Positions 28,247 through 37,925 of a stretch of 64,000 nucleotides of DNA are shown piece after piece (position 1 is the first letter of the stretch; every line of letters starts with the position of its first letter). The position numbers were made by a program, and so were the translations under genes. The notes below the pieces were generated by a model. It had not been told where the DNA came from, did not search any database, and saw nothing but the letters and a program-made list of their open reading frames with translations. This DNA is from an uncultured virus (IMG/VR IMGVR_UViG_3300046747_000409) (Duplodnaviria; Heunggongvirae; Uroviricota; Caudoviricetes): the IMG/VR virus record IMGVR_UViG_3300046747_000409. One strand, given 5' to 3'.

Positions 28247-28304
28247 TTGCGTGACACACGCAGTCCTTCGGACAAGTCGTCTCTCTCGTCACCGTCGATA
28301 GAAT
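28247..28304 (+). promoter_or_regulatory. Hairpin-promoter element copy 8
   Basis: TTGCGTGACACACGCA-GTCC-TTC-GGAC-N25-TAGAAT. Confidence 0.8.
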
Positions 28305-28323
28305 GAGGGCATCGGAGCAGCAA

Positions 28324-28710
28324 ATGATCATCACTCAAATCAAGCCTCAGTTCGGCGCCATCCTCCTCGATTCAGACGTGGCCCTCGACATCCTGAAAGA
28401 GACGGAGTTGATACGGATCGCCAACCGTCCGACCTGCTATGACTTGCCGATCATTCTCGGTCACTTGGATGCACTGAGCCAGATCGTGCATCGCCATGTT
28501 CATCGGATGTCGGCGGAGGCGTACAAGTCCCTGGAGGGTGAGTTGTCGGCTTTCCGTAAGTCATCAGCCGCTCGCTACCATCACGGCTCCTGCCTCGACT
28601 GGTACTTTCGGTATGCCCAGGCGACAATCGCCAATGCCGCTGGTTTCCCTGATCGTGCTTCGTGGTCGTCCTACCTCGTCGAACACATGGGCGTCACGGC
28701 TTCCATCTAA
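28324..28710 (+). CDS. Hypothetical protein
   Basis: GGAG SD before ATG 28324. Confidence 0.6.
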   Translation: MIITQIKPQFGAILLDSDVALDILKETELIRIANRPTCYDLPIILGHLDALSQIVHRHVHRMSAEAYKSLEGELSAFRKSSAARYHHGSCLDWYFRYAQATIANAAGFPDRASWSSYLVEHMGVTASI

Positions 28711-28732
28711 ACCCTCCTGCTCGGAGTTCACC

Positions 28733-29521
28733 ATGCCTGCTACGTTCAACATCCCCGACCACATCGTCACCATCCTCCGCGATGCGACCCTCTACATCCC
28801 AGATAAGCCGAGCCCGGCGAACCTGTACACCCTCAAGCTCAACGGCCAGCTCGACCGCAAGGACTACGTGGCGGTCATGAAGGTGATCGAAGGCGCTGGC
28901 GGGAAGTGGGTCAAAAGGAAAGGGCTCCATGAGTTCCGCGACGATCCGAGCGAAGTGCTCGGTCTCGCCATGGAGACGGGCAAGGGCGTGAACCTGCAGC
29001 AACAGTTCCAGTCGTTCTATACTCCGGCGCATATCGCCGACAGGATGGTGGAGTTGCTGCCCGCTGGGATGAAGCGACTTCTTGAGCCAAGTTGCGGCGA
29101 GGGGTCTCTGGTGCGTGCGGTCCGCAAGGTCCACCCGGACATACGCATCGTCGCTGTCGACATCAACGACAAGGCGCTGGCGAAGATTCCGGTCGAGTAC
29201 AATACCATCGTACTGCAGGGTGACTTCCTGAGCATCAACCCTGACTTCGGTGAACGCTTTGACGCCATCTGCATGAATCCGCCGTTCACCAAGGGGCAGG
29301 ATGCGAAGCACGTCAACCATGCCCTGGACTTCCTGAAGCCCGGCGGCGTGCTGGTGGCCATCATGACTCCGAACGCCATGAACAAGGTGCAAGAGCCGTA
29401 CCGCTCGCTCTGCCTCCGGCTCAAGGCGGAATGCATGATCGACGAAGCGACTCCCCTGCCGAGTGGTACGTTCAAGGACACGGACATCGAAACGCTCATG
29501 GTGCGGATCACCAAAAAATAA
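28733..29521 (+). CDS. N6-adenine DNA methyltransferase
   Basis: FYTP, LLEPSCGEG (motif I), GDFL, MNPPF (motif IV); GGAG SD. Confidence 0.85.
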   Translation: MPATFNIPDHIVTILRDATLYIPDKPSPANLYTLKLNGQLDRKDYVAVMKVIEGAGGKWVKRKGLHEFRDDPSEVLGLAMETGKGVNLQQQFQSFYTPAHIADRMVELLPAGMKRLLEPSCGEGSLVRAVRKVHPDIRIVAVDINDKALAKIPVEYNTIVLQGDFLSINPDFGERFDAICMNPPFTKGQDAKHVNHALDFLKPGGVLVAIMTPNAMNKVQEPYRSLCLRLKAECMIDEATPLPSGTFKDTDIETLMVRITKK

Positions 29522-29523
29522 TC

Positions 29524-29691
29524 ATGACCAACCGCACCGGAAAACTCCTCGCCCTCGTCATCGCCGCCCTCGGTTGCCTCGTCATGGCAATCGTGGGGGC
29601 GGCGAATGGTGACTGGCCCTTCGCTATCGGTTTCATCGTCCTGATGCTGTGCCTCCTGTATGTGTGGAGCGTTGAATATCACGACCTGTGA
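29524..29691 (+). CDS. Small two-TM protein
   Basis: TAATCATG junction; two hydrophobic helices. Confidence 0.55.
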   Translation: MTNRTGKLLALVIAALGCLVMAIVGAANGDWPFAIGFIVLMLCLLYVWSVEYHDL

Positions 29692-29760
29692 TAACGTACG
29701 ACGCGTTTCATTGCGCGTCTCTTGATCTTGAGAAACGCGCAATACGGGCATTACGCATCG

Positions 29761-29820
29761 TTGGGTGACGCGCACAGTTCCTTCGGAACGAGTCGTCATT
29801 CTCGTTAGGGTGTTTATAAT
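29761..29820 (+). promoter_or_regulatory. Hairpin-promoter element copy 9
   Basis: TTGGGTGACGCGCACA-GTTCC-TTC-GGAAC-N25-TATAAT. Confidence 0.85.
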
Positions 29821-29858
29821 GAGGGCATCGAACCACTGAACCAAACTGAAAGGCCATC

Positions 29859-30182
29859 ATGATTCCTGCATCCCTCGCCGTCGGCAATACCCTGACCTTG
29901 ATCGAAGTGCATCATGGTCGAGCCAATGACAACGGCGTTATGGAATGGCAACAGAACACGGCACACAAAGGGCTCAATCGTCCACGTGTGGTGATGTCCA
30001 ACCGGTCGACGTACGCCGAGCTCGGAGAGGAGCTGTCCATGCTTCAGTACCCGAAGAAAAGCCAGTTCACCGAAACGGCTGACACGCTCACCCTCACCTA
30101 CATCGACGCTGGCGACAAGAGCGGGCAGAACGGTAGGGCCATCGGCACCAAACTGGTCTACACGGTCCAGAAAGGCACGTGA
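29859..30182 (+). CDS. Hypothetical protein
   Basis: First ORF after copy 9. Confidence 0.65.
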   Translation: MIPASLAVGNTLTLIEVHHGRANDNGVMEWQQNTAHKGLNRPRVVMSNRSTYAELGEELSMLQYPKKSQFTETADTLTLTYIDAGDKSGQNGRAIGTKLVYTVQKGT

Positions 30183-30186
30183 TCTC

Positions 30187-30495
30187 ATGCTCACCCACTC
30201 GAAAAATCTGATCGCCAAGCATCGTGCTGCTTTCCCTGGAACTGGCTTCACCGCCATCAACGGGGAACGGATGAGCGACCGGGACGACAACCGTCTGTGG
30301 GACATGCTGTGGCGCGTCTTCAAGGCTCGCAACAAGCCGATCCTGAAGCGGTCACCGGATGACATCTGGTGCGAATTAGCTCTGGTACCTCATCCGGAAG
30401 AGGCGCGGAAAAACGCTCGTACGGCGCTGGCTCGGCTCGGCTCCTGGTATCGTGTTCCTTCGTCCCCTCATGCCGCCTTTGCGGAGGTCCACTGA
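30187..30495 (+). CDS. Hypothetical protein
   Basis: Tightly packed ORF. Confidence 0.55.
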   Translation: MLTHSKNLIAKHRAAFPGTGFTAINGERMSDRDDNRLWDMLWRVFKARNKPILKRSPDDIWCELALVPHPEEARKNARTALARLGSWYRVPSSPHAAFAEVH

Positions 30496-30497
30496 CC

Positions 30498-30911
30498 ATG
30501 ATTTATACCGCTGAACGCATTACCGACAACGACGTGGTGATGACTGCTGCCTTACTGCTCTATCAACTGATCGAGGAGCGCGGTCATCAGTTCAAGCAGA
30601 GGCGCTCTGACCTCCGAGACCGCTTGAGTGACCTGAGCAGACGGCTGCGTGACGAAGGCTACGATGGTGAGGATGACCCCCGAGATCCTCTCAAGGCGGA
30701 GATCGACACGCTGACCGTTGAGATCGAGACCTGCTCGAATCAGCTGCAGCTCATCATGGACAAAACTTTCACTGCCGACGAGCTCCACACTCACCTGTGC
30801 TTGGTTGCTGACCTTGAAGAAGCTGCCGCTGACCGTGCCGCGGATCGACGTGTCCGTGCTGCCGAGTGCGGCAACTACGAAGCCGTGGCCCCACTCCATG
30901 AGGATGACTGA
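30498..30911 (+). CDS. Coiled-coil hypothetical protein
   Basis: GGAGG and TGACCATG junction. Confidence 0.6.
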   Translation: MIYTAERITDNDVVMTAALLLYQLIEERGHQFKQRRSDLRDRLSDLSRRLRDEGYDGEDDPRDPLKAEIDTLTVEIETCSNQLQLIMDKTFTADELHTHLCLVADLEEAAADRAADRRVRAAECGNYEAVAPLHEDD

Positions 30912-30913
30912 CC

Positions 30914-31093
30914 ATGAAAATCACCAAAATCGTAATCACCGTCAACCTCGGTAACGACGCGATGCAATCCGAGATCGAGCTCGCTGCGGCCCTTCGTAAT
31001 ACGGCGCGACGCATCGAGCAAAACGGGCTGGAAAAAGTCACCAAGGTCATGGACGTCAACGGCAACAGCGTCGGCACCGTGGAGTGCGAATAG
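30914..31093 (+). CDS. Small phage protein (MKITKIVITVNLGNDA...MDVNGNSVG), not in ORF track
   Basis: Translated by hand; TGACCATG junction; 59 aa. Confidence 0.6.
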   Translation: MKITKIVITVNLGNDAMQSEIELAAALRNTARRIEQNGLEKVTKVMDVNGNSVGTVECE

Positions 31094-31094
31094 C

Positions 31095-32065
31095 ATGCCA
31101 CTCAACCCCGGTCATTGGATGGTCGTGATCAGCTTCGCCGACCAGAGCACCTACAAAGAGCGCGCCCTGTGGGACGCTCAAGGTGATATTGCCGGGATCG
31201 AAGCTCGGTTATTCAACGCCGACGGTTCACTGCGTCCGCTCGCTGATGGTCGGACCTCACTCGCTGACACCAACCCTGGGATCTGACATGCGCATCACCG
31301 CCACCCTCTCCGTCACCATCACCTATGAAGTCGAGGAGAGAGCTCCGGCTAAGACTGAAATTCAAGACGTGTTAGATCGTGCCTACGGCAAGTTGCAGGA
31401 TGACGGCGACTTGAATATCGACGGGGGTATGATCGTCATGCATACCAGCGAAATCACGTTCAAGGAGTGACCATGAGCGACTTCGACATCTTCTGCCGCA
31501 ACGCCACCGATCGGCAGCTGGCGAACATCATCAACAAGGAGCACGCCAACGGTCACTACACCGACCGCGACGCTGCTGAGCGTGAAGCCCGGAGCCGTGG
31601 CTGGGATGAGGCTCGCATCCGTGACGCTCGGATCGGGGGCTGACATGTTCACCATGCCGCACAAGCTCCTGCACAGCCCGGTCGAGCTCGCCAAGCTCCC
31701 GGACGAGGTGCGTAAAAAATACGAGGAGTTGTCCCTTCGTGTTGAACAGCGGCACAAGGAAAAGGCGCTTTACGAACAGAGTATCGCCGACTGCAACGCG
31801 TTCATTCATTCGGCCGAGATGATACTCGCTGAAATGTACCACGATAGTCTTCGGAGCTGACATGCCCCACTTCACCATCACCTCCCCCAAGGGTCACTGC
31901 CGCATGGCCATCGACCGGAAGACCGGCGAACCCGCCCGCGATCTTGAGACCGCGACAGCTGATGGTCAGCTCATGGCCGAGCTCTTCTACACCACCGTTA
32001 CTGTGCTCGACGAGCGTTTGAACGTCGTCGCCACGCCCTATGGCGGATTGCCGAAAGTAGGCTGA
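31095..32065 (+). CDS. Run of five small coupled hypothetical genes (31095-31286, 31288-31470, 31473-31643, 31645-31860, 31862-32065)
   Basis: Each start 1-2 nt after previous stop. Confidence 0.55.
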
Positions 32066-32067
32066 TC

Positions 32068-32856
32068 ATGCCCTTCCACGAACGATACCCTGAGCCTGCT
32101 CCCCCTGCGAAAAAGGCCGTGAGCAAGGTCGTCGCTAAAGCGGTCAAAACCAAGACCGAACAAAAGCGGGTTGCTGATGCGTCCGCGGTGCGCGTCGCTC
32201 AGGAAGCGCTCTATGCTCCTCCGGGGACTACCAAACCCAAGCCCTTGCCCAATCGTCCGGCGTGGATGAACGATCATGTGGTAGAACCCTACGCACTGAA
32301 GAGCGCTAGCGTCACTCCAAGCCTCTCACCCGATGAGTACCTGCACGTGTGTTTCGACGATCTGCCCGACCGTGTCCTTGAGACACAACTCGATGCGGTC
32401 GTCAAAGCTATCGAACCGGATACGATCAAGACCAAGGGCCGCACGAGTCATTTACTGGAGCCGATGAAGCCTCTCGACGGTCGAAACCTCGCCGACGTGC
32501 TCGATGACTTCGAGATACCTGGAATCAGTACGAAAGATCCGACCCGGTCGGTGCATTGGACGATTCTGGCCCGCTTGATTGCGCCGAACCGCTCCCGTCG
32601 GGAGATCCTGCTTCGCACGGTGATTCAGCTGGTGGCGTTGACCGTCAACTCGGTGAAACAGGATCTGAGCGGCGCGATCGACGGCGAAGCCGCCTATGAC
32701 TTCGACATGGGCACCCTGGCCGAGAGCGTGGCGGAGACGTATCCGTCCGAGCTCCCTGATGATCCGCTCGGTCTGGCCCATCAAGTCGCTGCCTTGTCAC
32801 CTAATGAACGGGCCGCTTTTCAGCGACACCTGGACACCCTCCCGAAAAGCCGCTGA
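32068..32856 (+). CDS. Hypothetical protein
   Basis: 262-aa ORF; TGATCATG junction. Confidence 0.65.
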   Translation: MPFHERYPEPAPPAKKAVSKVVAKAVKTKTEQKRVADASAVRVAQEALYAPPGTTKPKPLPNRPAWMNDHVVEPYALKSASVTPSLSPDEYLHVCFDDLPDRVLETQLDAVVKAIEPDTIKTKGRTSHLLEPMKPLDGRNLADVLDDFEIPGISTKDPTRSVHWTILARLIAPNRSRREILLRTVIQLVALTVNSVKQDLSGAIDGEAAYDFDMGTLAESVAETYPSELPDDPLGLAHQVAALSPNERAAFQRHLDTLPKSR

Positions 32857-32887
32857 GTCATAACCAAGACGCCAGTTGATTTGACTC
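32855..32887. promoter_or_regulatory. Operator-like inverted repeat GAGTCATAAC-N13-GATTTGACTC
   Basis: Recurs at 53490 and 58921 with identical spacing. Confidence 0.7.
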
Positions 32888-32920
32888 ACTAACACGTACA
32901 ACTCCCAAAATCGGATCACC

Positions 32921-33412
32921 ATGCCCTTCGCCGAAAACAACTCACCGATCCCGCCGATCCCACCAAAGGATCGCCCGGAAGTACTGGTGACCTACACCGC
33001 GTCCACCGAGCCGCGCACCGAATCCGATCGCTTCCCGAGTGATCCGTACGAGTACGTCTTCAACGCCCCCGAGAAGATCCCCGGCACCACCCGCGTACTC
33101 CGTGATGGCGAAGGAGGGAGTTTCATCTTCATCATCCTGCCCTATCCGATTCGCTTCCTGGAGTTGACCACCGGCAAGACCCAACTCGTGCTGGCCGCAC
33201 TCCTGCATGATGAGCAGATCCCCTTAGTGGGCGGTGGGACGATGTCGTCAGTCGACGGTTTCCTGGGTGACAACATCGAAGAGGCGCAAGAGCAATGGGA
33301 CACCTTCGTCGAGCAGGACGGTGACCCGCTGCCGCCTCCTGCGTGGTCTGGCGACGACGAGGACTCAGACATGGACCCACACGATGCGCATGATGCGCTC
33401 GGGGGTGACTGA
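32921..33412 (+). CDS. Acidic hypothetical protein
   Basis: 163-aa ORF after operator. Confidence 0.65.
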   Translation: MPFAENNSPIPPIPPKDRPEVLVTYTASTEPRTESDRFPSDPYEYVFNAPEKIPGTTRVLRDGEGGSFIFIILPYPIRFLELTTGKTQLVLAALLHDEQIPLVGGGTMSSVDGFLGDNIEEAQEQWDTFVEQDGDPLPPPAWSGDDEDSDMDPHDAHDALGGD

Positions 33413-33711
33413 TGTTCTCCTGGCTCCGCCGCCTCTTCTGCAAGCACCAGTGGGAAAAGACCGCTGTCGTCGATGCTCCGCCCAATACAGTTTTCGACTT
33501 CGACCTCACCGGCGCGTACGAGGAGACATGCACGAAGTGTTCCTGCGTCCAAGTGGTGCTGCTCTGCGGTCGTAGTCGCTGGCGCAATCTGCACTTCATC
33601 ACCAGTGAGAGCAACGCGCGGAGCTGGCCACGTTCACCGATGAGCCCGGCAGATCGGGAACGATTCGATAACGCCGTTATGTCTCTGGAAACACCACCAT
33701 GGCTAAAATAG
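33412..33711 (+). CDS. Small Cys/His protein (RLFCKHQW..CTKC)
   Basis: TGATG overlap; phage Zn-ribbon-like motif. Confidence 0.55.
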   Translation: MFSWLRRLFCKHQWEKTAVVDAPPNTVFDFDLTGAYEETCTKCSCVQVVLLCGRSRWRNLHFITSESNARSWPRSPMSPADRERFDNAVMSLETPPWLK

Positions 33712-34637
33712 CCTACATCACACGCAAGTTCAAGGACCACTCCCTCGACGTCATCGAGAAGGCGAACGAGATCCTGGAGTCGTACGCTGCTGAGGGGTAC
33801 GACCTAACCCTGCGCCAGCTCTACTACCAGTTCGTCTCCCGCGCACTCATCCCGAACAACCAGCGCGAGTACGACAACCTGGGCGGCATCATCAACGATG
33901 GGAGGCTCGCTGGTCTGATCGACTGGGACCACATCGTGGACCGCACCCGGAACATCCGCGGCAACAGCCACTGGACGTCGCCTGCCGAGATCCTGGAGCA
34001 GTGCGCTCGCCAGTTCGAGATCGACAAGTGGGCGGGCCAGCCCTGGCGCGTCGAATGCTGGATCGAGAAGGATGCCTTGATCGGCGTGGTCGAGCGCGTG
34101 TGTCGGAAGCTGGATATCAGTTACTTCTCCTGCCGCGGCTACGTCAGCCAGTCCGAGATCCATGAAGCGGCCAAGGATCGACTCATCCCGTTCGAGCGCG
34201 CTGGGCAGCGCACCCTAATCCTGCACCTGGGTGATCACGACCCGAGTGGGATCGACATGAGCCGTGACATCCAGGATCGGCTGGCCGTGTTCGGGTGTGC
34301 GGCCGAGGTTTGTCGCATTGCCCTCAACATGGATCAGGTCGAGCAGTACAACCCGCCGCCGAATCCCGCCAAGCTCTCCGACTGCCGCGCCATCAAGTAC
34401 ATCGCCAAGTTCGGCGAAAGCTCATGGGAGCTGGATGCGCTTGAGCCCTCCGTCATCGGCTCGCTGATCACGCACAACGTCGCGCAGGTGCGGGATGACA
34501 ACCTGTGGGCTGCCGCGCAGGAGAAGCAGAAGACGATGAAAAACCAGCTGCGTGTCTGCAGCGACTACTGGGGCTCCGATGTGGTGCCCTTGCTGAATGA
34601 CCTCGCTCCAACCCATGACGATGAAGAGGACTCCTGA
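33699..34637 (+). CDS. Toprim-domain protein (topoisomerase VI-A/DUF2399-like)
   Basis: LTLRQLYYQ, ECWIEKDAL, CRGY.S, LGDHDPSGIDM, WELDAL. Confidence 0.75.
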   Translation: MAKIAYITRKFKDHSLDVIEKANEILESYAAEGYDLTLRQLYYQFVSRALIPNNQREYDNLGGIINDGRLAGLIDWDHIVDRTRNIRGNSHWTSPAEILEQCARQFEIDKWAGQPWRVECWIEKDALIGVVERVCRKLDISYFSCRGYVSQSEIHEAAKDRLIPFERAGQRTLILHLGDHDPSGIDMSRDIQDRLAVFGCAAEVCRIALNMDQVEQYNPPPNPAKLSDCRAIKYIAKFGESSWELDALEPSVIGSLITHNVAQVRDDNLWAAAQEKQKTMKNQLRVCSDYWGSDVVPLLNDLAPTHDDEEDS

Positions 34638-34640
34638 CCC

Positions 34641-35839
34641 ATGTCTTGCTCAACTTGCATCCACCGCAAACCCGACGACGAGCTCGGCCCGTACTGCGAC
34701 CACCCGAAAGCCAAGGAACAGAGCCCGGTCGGGCTCGACCTGAACGTGGCCGTAAATCGCTTCTGCGGCGAGGCGCGGACCGAGAAGGTCGAAGCACCTG
34801 AGGTTGGGTCATGACCCTCAACCTCCATCAATTCCGAGCTCAGATCGAGCATCTCATCCTCGGCTACTCCACCGGCCCTAACCCTATCACCAGGGACCAA
34901 GCGGTGGGCGCGGCTGCTGAGATCGTCTCGATGCTAGAGCGTAGTCTGGCGCCCAAGCCCGAGCGTCTGAAGGAGGCCATCAAGATGAACGAGCTGTCCC
35001 AGGATGACTGGGCCTTTCATCGTGACCACGAGAAGCGCGAGATGTCGTTTCGATCTGGTGTCGAGTTCGCTCTCACCGGCGTACTCCCTGAGGCGGTGCG
35101 TAAGGAAGACGACGACGAAGAGCCGGTGACGCCTCCATGACTGATCGTAAGGTCGGCCGCTGGTTCCGCTCAGATGCCGGCATGGAGCGTGCGCGGGTCT
35201 ACGATAGAGCCCGTTCGCAAGCTCGAACCAAACGAGCCAAGAGCAAAGGACTCTGCCGTACGTGTGTGAGGAACAAGCCCACCAACGGAACGCGCCAGTG
35301 TGATCGCTGCAAGCTCAAGGCCGCGTGTCGTCTCGTCGTTGAATTGCGCAAGTCGAACCCCGCTCTGCTCACCCTCGTCCGCCAACTTCTTTTCACCTAG
35401 GTATCCCATGACCGACCCTACCGAACCAACCTCGAACGCCGTCATGCTCGTCGCCGGCGATCCCGAAAAAGCCTCGGAGCCGCAGCCCTGGTTGCCGCCG
35501 GCCCGCATGACCCCGGAGGCCGTTGCGCAGCTCGCGATGGACTTAGCCGACGGGAAACTGTGGACCGATCGTCACGCTCAGGGGAATGGAATCGAAGCAT
35601 TCAAGATCGTGTTCATGCTCGGGCGTTCGGCGCCGCCGAAAGAGATCGTCAATACGTGGGGGATGCTCTACGAGTACCTGGACAAGGCCGGTGAATACTC
35701 GGTGAACGGTATACCTCAGTTCTTTTCGGTGCAATTCATGCACATCGACGACCACCCGTTGTTGGTGAAAGCGTACGACGCGTACCAAGCCGCCAAGGCG
35801 GCGATCAAAAGCGGCGCCTCTGTCACCTCCCCTACCTGA
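34641..35839 (+). CDS. Four coupled hypothetical genes (34641-34814, 34811-35140, 35137-35400, 35408-35839)
   Basis: ATGA overlaps; 34641 and 35137 products carry CxxC motifs. Confidence 0.55.
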
Positions 35840-35846
35840 GACTTTT

Positions 35847-37925
35847 ATGCACCTCAACGACGCCCTCCACCACCTCATCCCCGACGTTACCCTCCTCGAA
35901 TTGCGCGACGGACGCGTCGCCACCTTTATCGAAATCACCGGTGTCGCGGACAGGAGCGTGGTGGTCTATGAAGTGGACACCTCACCCGATAAAAAGCAGC
36001 GACAGCGACATGGAGTAGGTGCCTCCGGGTTTTGGTCTAGAGATAGTGCTATTCAGCACGCCAACGACGTGGTCGCCGTCAAGTGCATCGACCCTCGACC
36101 TGCGTCACCAAGCGGTGACCTATCCGCCGAGCTCGCTGCCGTACGTCGGGAGCTCGCCAACACGAAGCAGGTCGCCGAGTCCATGACCAATGAGTGCCAG
36201 CGACTGAAGATCGAGCGTGACGAGGCCTATTCCGAAGTGGAGCTACTGACCGCCCGCCTCGACGAGAGAAGCAACGCCGTCGCCACCACGACCCACAACA
36301 TGCAGGAAGCCTGCCGGGTTAAGGCTCTCGAACTCGAAAAGGCGCACTCTGAGCTGACCACGGCCACCTGGGAGCGCGACGAGGCACGACGAGCGAATCA
36401 TGACATCAAGAACGAGCTGAAGGATGCTCGGGTGCGAATCGATGATGCCTACCAGTCTCGTCTCCTCACCTGCATCAACATGCTCAAGAGTGCCCTCTGT
36501 GGTCACGTCAACGCCGACACTGCGCTCGGTGCGGAATGGAATACCCTGCTGGCTCAGGTCCATGAGCTGCGTGCTCGTCCTCTTGCCGATGAGGTCAAGA
36601 GCGCTCGTGACGCTGCGTTCGATCAGGGTGTCGACCGTGTCCTGAGCTATCTCGAAAAGGGCACCGACAACCTCAACATGGGAGACACGGTCACGAAGCG
36701 CTTGGCGGCTGCTCTCGATCAGCGGATGGTTGCTGAGCGGAACTTGTTGAAACTAGCACACAGGAAAGATCTTGATGAGTTGGGCGACGCTCTGCGCAAT
36801 GACATCGCTAATTCTATTGAAAGGTCGTTCAAGGGCGAACGGATTCAATACCATCAACTCCCTCGGTTCAATGATGCGTTGACGAAGATACGCGAGTTGG
36901 CCACCTCATCCACCCAGACGGTCATCGACACCTGCGAAGCCAACCACAAGTTCGTGCGCCTCCCTGGGCCTTTTGATGCTGAGGCTCAGGGGTGCCCTGC
37001 GTGCTTGAAGATCGGGCTCAAGGCGGCGCGGGAAGAACTGGAACAGGTACGGAAAGAGGCACGCGAGGAACGGGTACAGGTACGGAATGACGCGATCAGT
37101 GCCAGTAACGTTTTCTATGACCTAATCTGTCATGCATTGAGGCAAAACCTTGAGGGTATCCACGTCACCCTCGGTGGGCGCGACATCCTCAATGACCTGC
37201 TGGACCGCGTTCGCGTGTTGACTGCGCGGAAGGAGTATTCGGATTCTGCCAATTCTGCCCAGAAGTTAATCGACGTGCAGACATCCCTTTGCTACGGACG
37301 CGCGGCCCAGCTGCTGAGTATGGTGCTGGCCGGGGACTATTCTGAGATCCACTCACTCCCGCCCTGCGCCGATCCGTTCAACAAGGAGCTGTGGGCTCTC
37401 GTCAACCAGCGCACGAACGGGAGTCTACCCACCCCCGCCCTCAAGTCCGTGGCCCTCGAACGCTCCCGCCACCTCGCCCTCGGCAAGACTCCTGCGGTCG
37501 ACGACAAGCACACCGACGGGTTCCTGACCACGCTGGCGATAGCTAAAGCGTGCAGGAGATGCGAGGGTCCAGCACCTCGGTGGGTCGAGGAAGGCATCAG
37601 CCACCTCGGCTCCGCTCACGTGTTCAACGGCACCCCGCGCCAGCTCTTGGTCGAAGCCGCGGCGTGCTTGGTGGCCGACATCGAACGGCTCGACCGCATC
37701 GACGTACGGAAGCAGGAGGAGAAAGTCGTGGCGCTCAAGAAGGAAGTGGCGGCCGGGGAGATGGCCGCGAAGGAGCTGGCTGCGCTCAACCTTGCAGAGC
37801 AGATGGAGGGTCGTGTTCATCGGGTGGGTGTGTGCGGCCTGCTCCTCGCCTTCAAGGACAACAAGCACCTCCAGTGCACACTTCCATTCGGTCACGCGGG
37901 TGGCTGTCAGAGTCGGTTATCATGA
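35847..37925 (+). CDS. Large coiled-coil mosaic protein
   Basis: 692 aa; heptads; C-terminal ER.RH..DD.H...LVEAAA.LVADIERLDR module. Confidence 0.75.
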   Translation: MHLNDALHHLIPDVTLLELRDGRVATFIEITGVADRSVVVYEVDTSPDKKQRQRHGVGASGFWSRDSAIQHANDVVAVKCIDPRPASPSGDLSAELAAVRRELANTKQVAESMTNECQRLKIERDEAYSEVELLTARLDERSNAVATTTHNMQEACRVKALELEKAHSELTTATWERDEARRANHDIKNELKDARVRIDDAYQSRLLTCINMLKSALCGHVNADTALGAEWNTLLAQVHELRARPLADEVKSARDAAFDQGVDRVLSYLEKGTDNLNMGDTVTKRLAAALDQRMVAERNLLKLAHRKDLDELGDALRNDIANSIERSFKGERIQYHQLPRFNDALTKIRELATSSTQTVIDTCEANHKFVRLPGPFDAEAQGCPACLKIGLKAAREELEQVRKEAREERVQVRNDAISASNVFYDLICHALRQNLEGIHVTLGGRDILNDLLDRVRVLTARKEYSDSANSAQKLIDVQTSLCYGRAAQLLSMVLAGDYSEIHSLPPCADPFNKELWALVNQRTNGSLPTPALKSVALERSRHLALGKTPAVDDKHTDGFLTTLAIAKACRRCEGPAPRWVEEGISHLGSAHVFNGTPRQLLVEAAACLVADIERLDRIDVRKQEEKVVALKKEVAAGEMAAKELAALNLAEQMEGRVHRVGVCGLLLAFKDNKHLQCTLPFGHAGGCQSRLS

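Noticed and set aside
28733..29521. Restriction-modification system
   Set aside because: No adjacent endonuclease or specificity subunit recognised
18935..29789. CTTCGG in the repeats as RNA cUUCGg tetraloops or terminators
   Set aside because: Covarying register gives a 3-nt loop; the tetraloop register mispairs at the next base; no U tract follows
16187..29820. Dispersed repeats as a CRISPR array or integron attC sites
   Set aside because: Separated by 0.3-2.7 kb of genes, each tied to a -10 box; no cas genes, integron integrase or RYYYAAC/GTTRRRY ends
33699..34637. Wadjet JetD defence system
   Set aside because: No jetABC/SMC genes nearby
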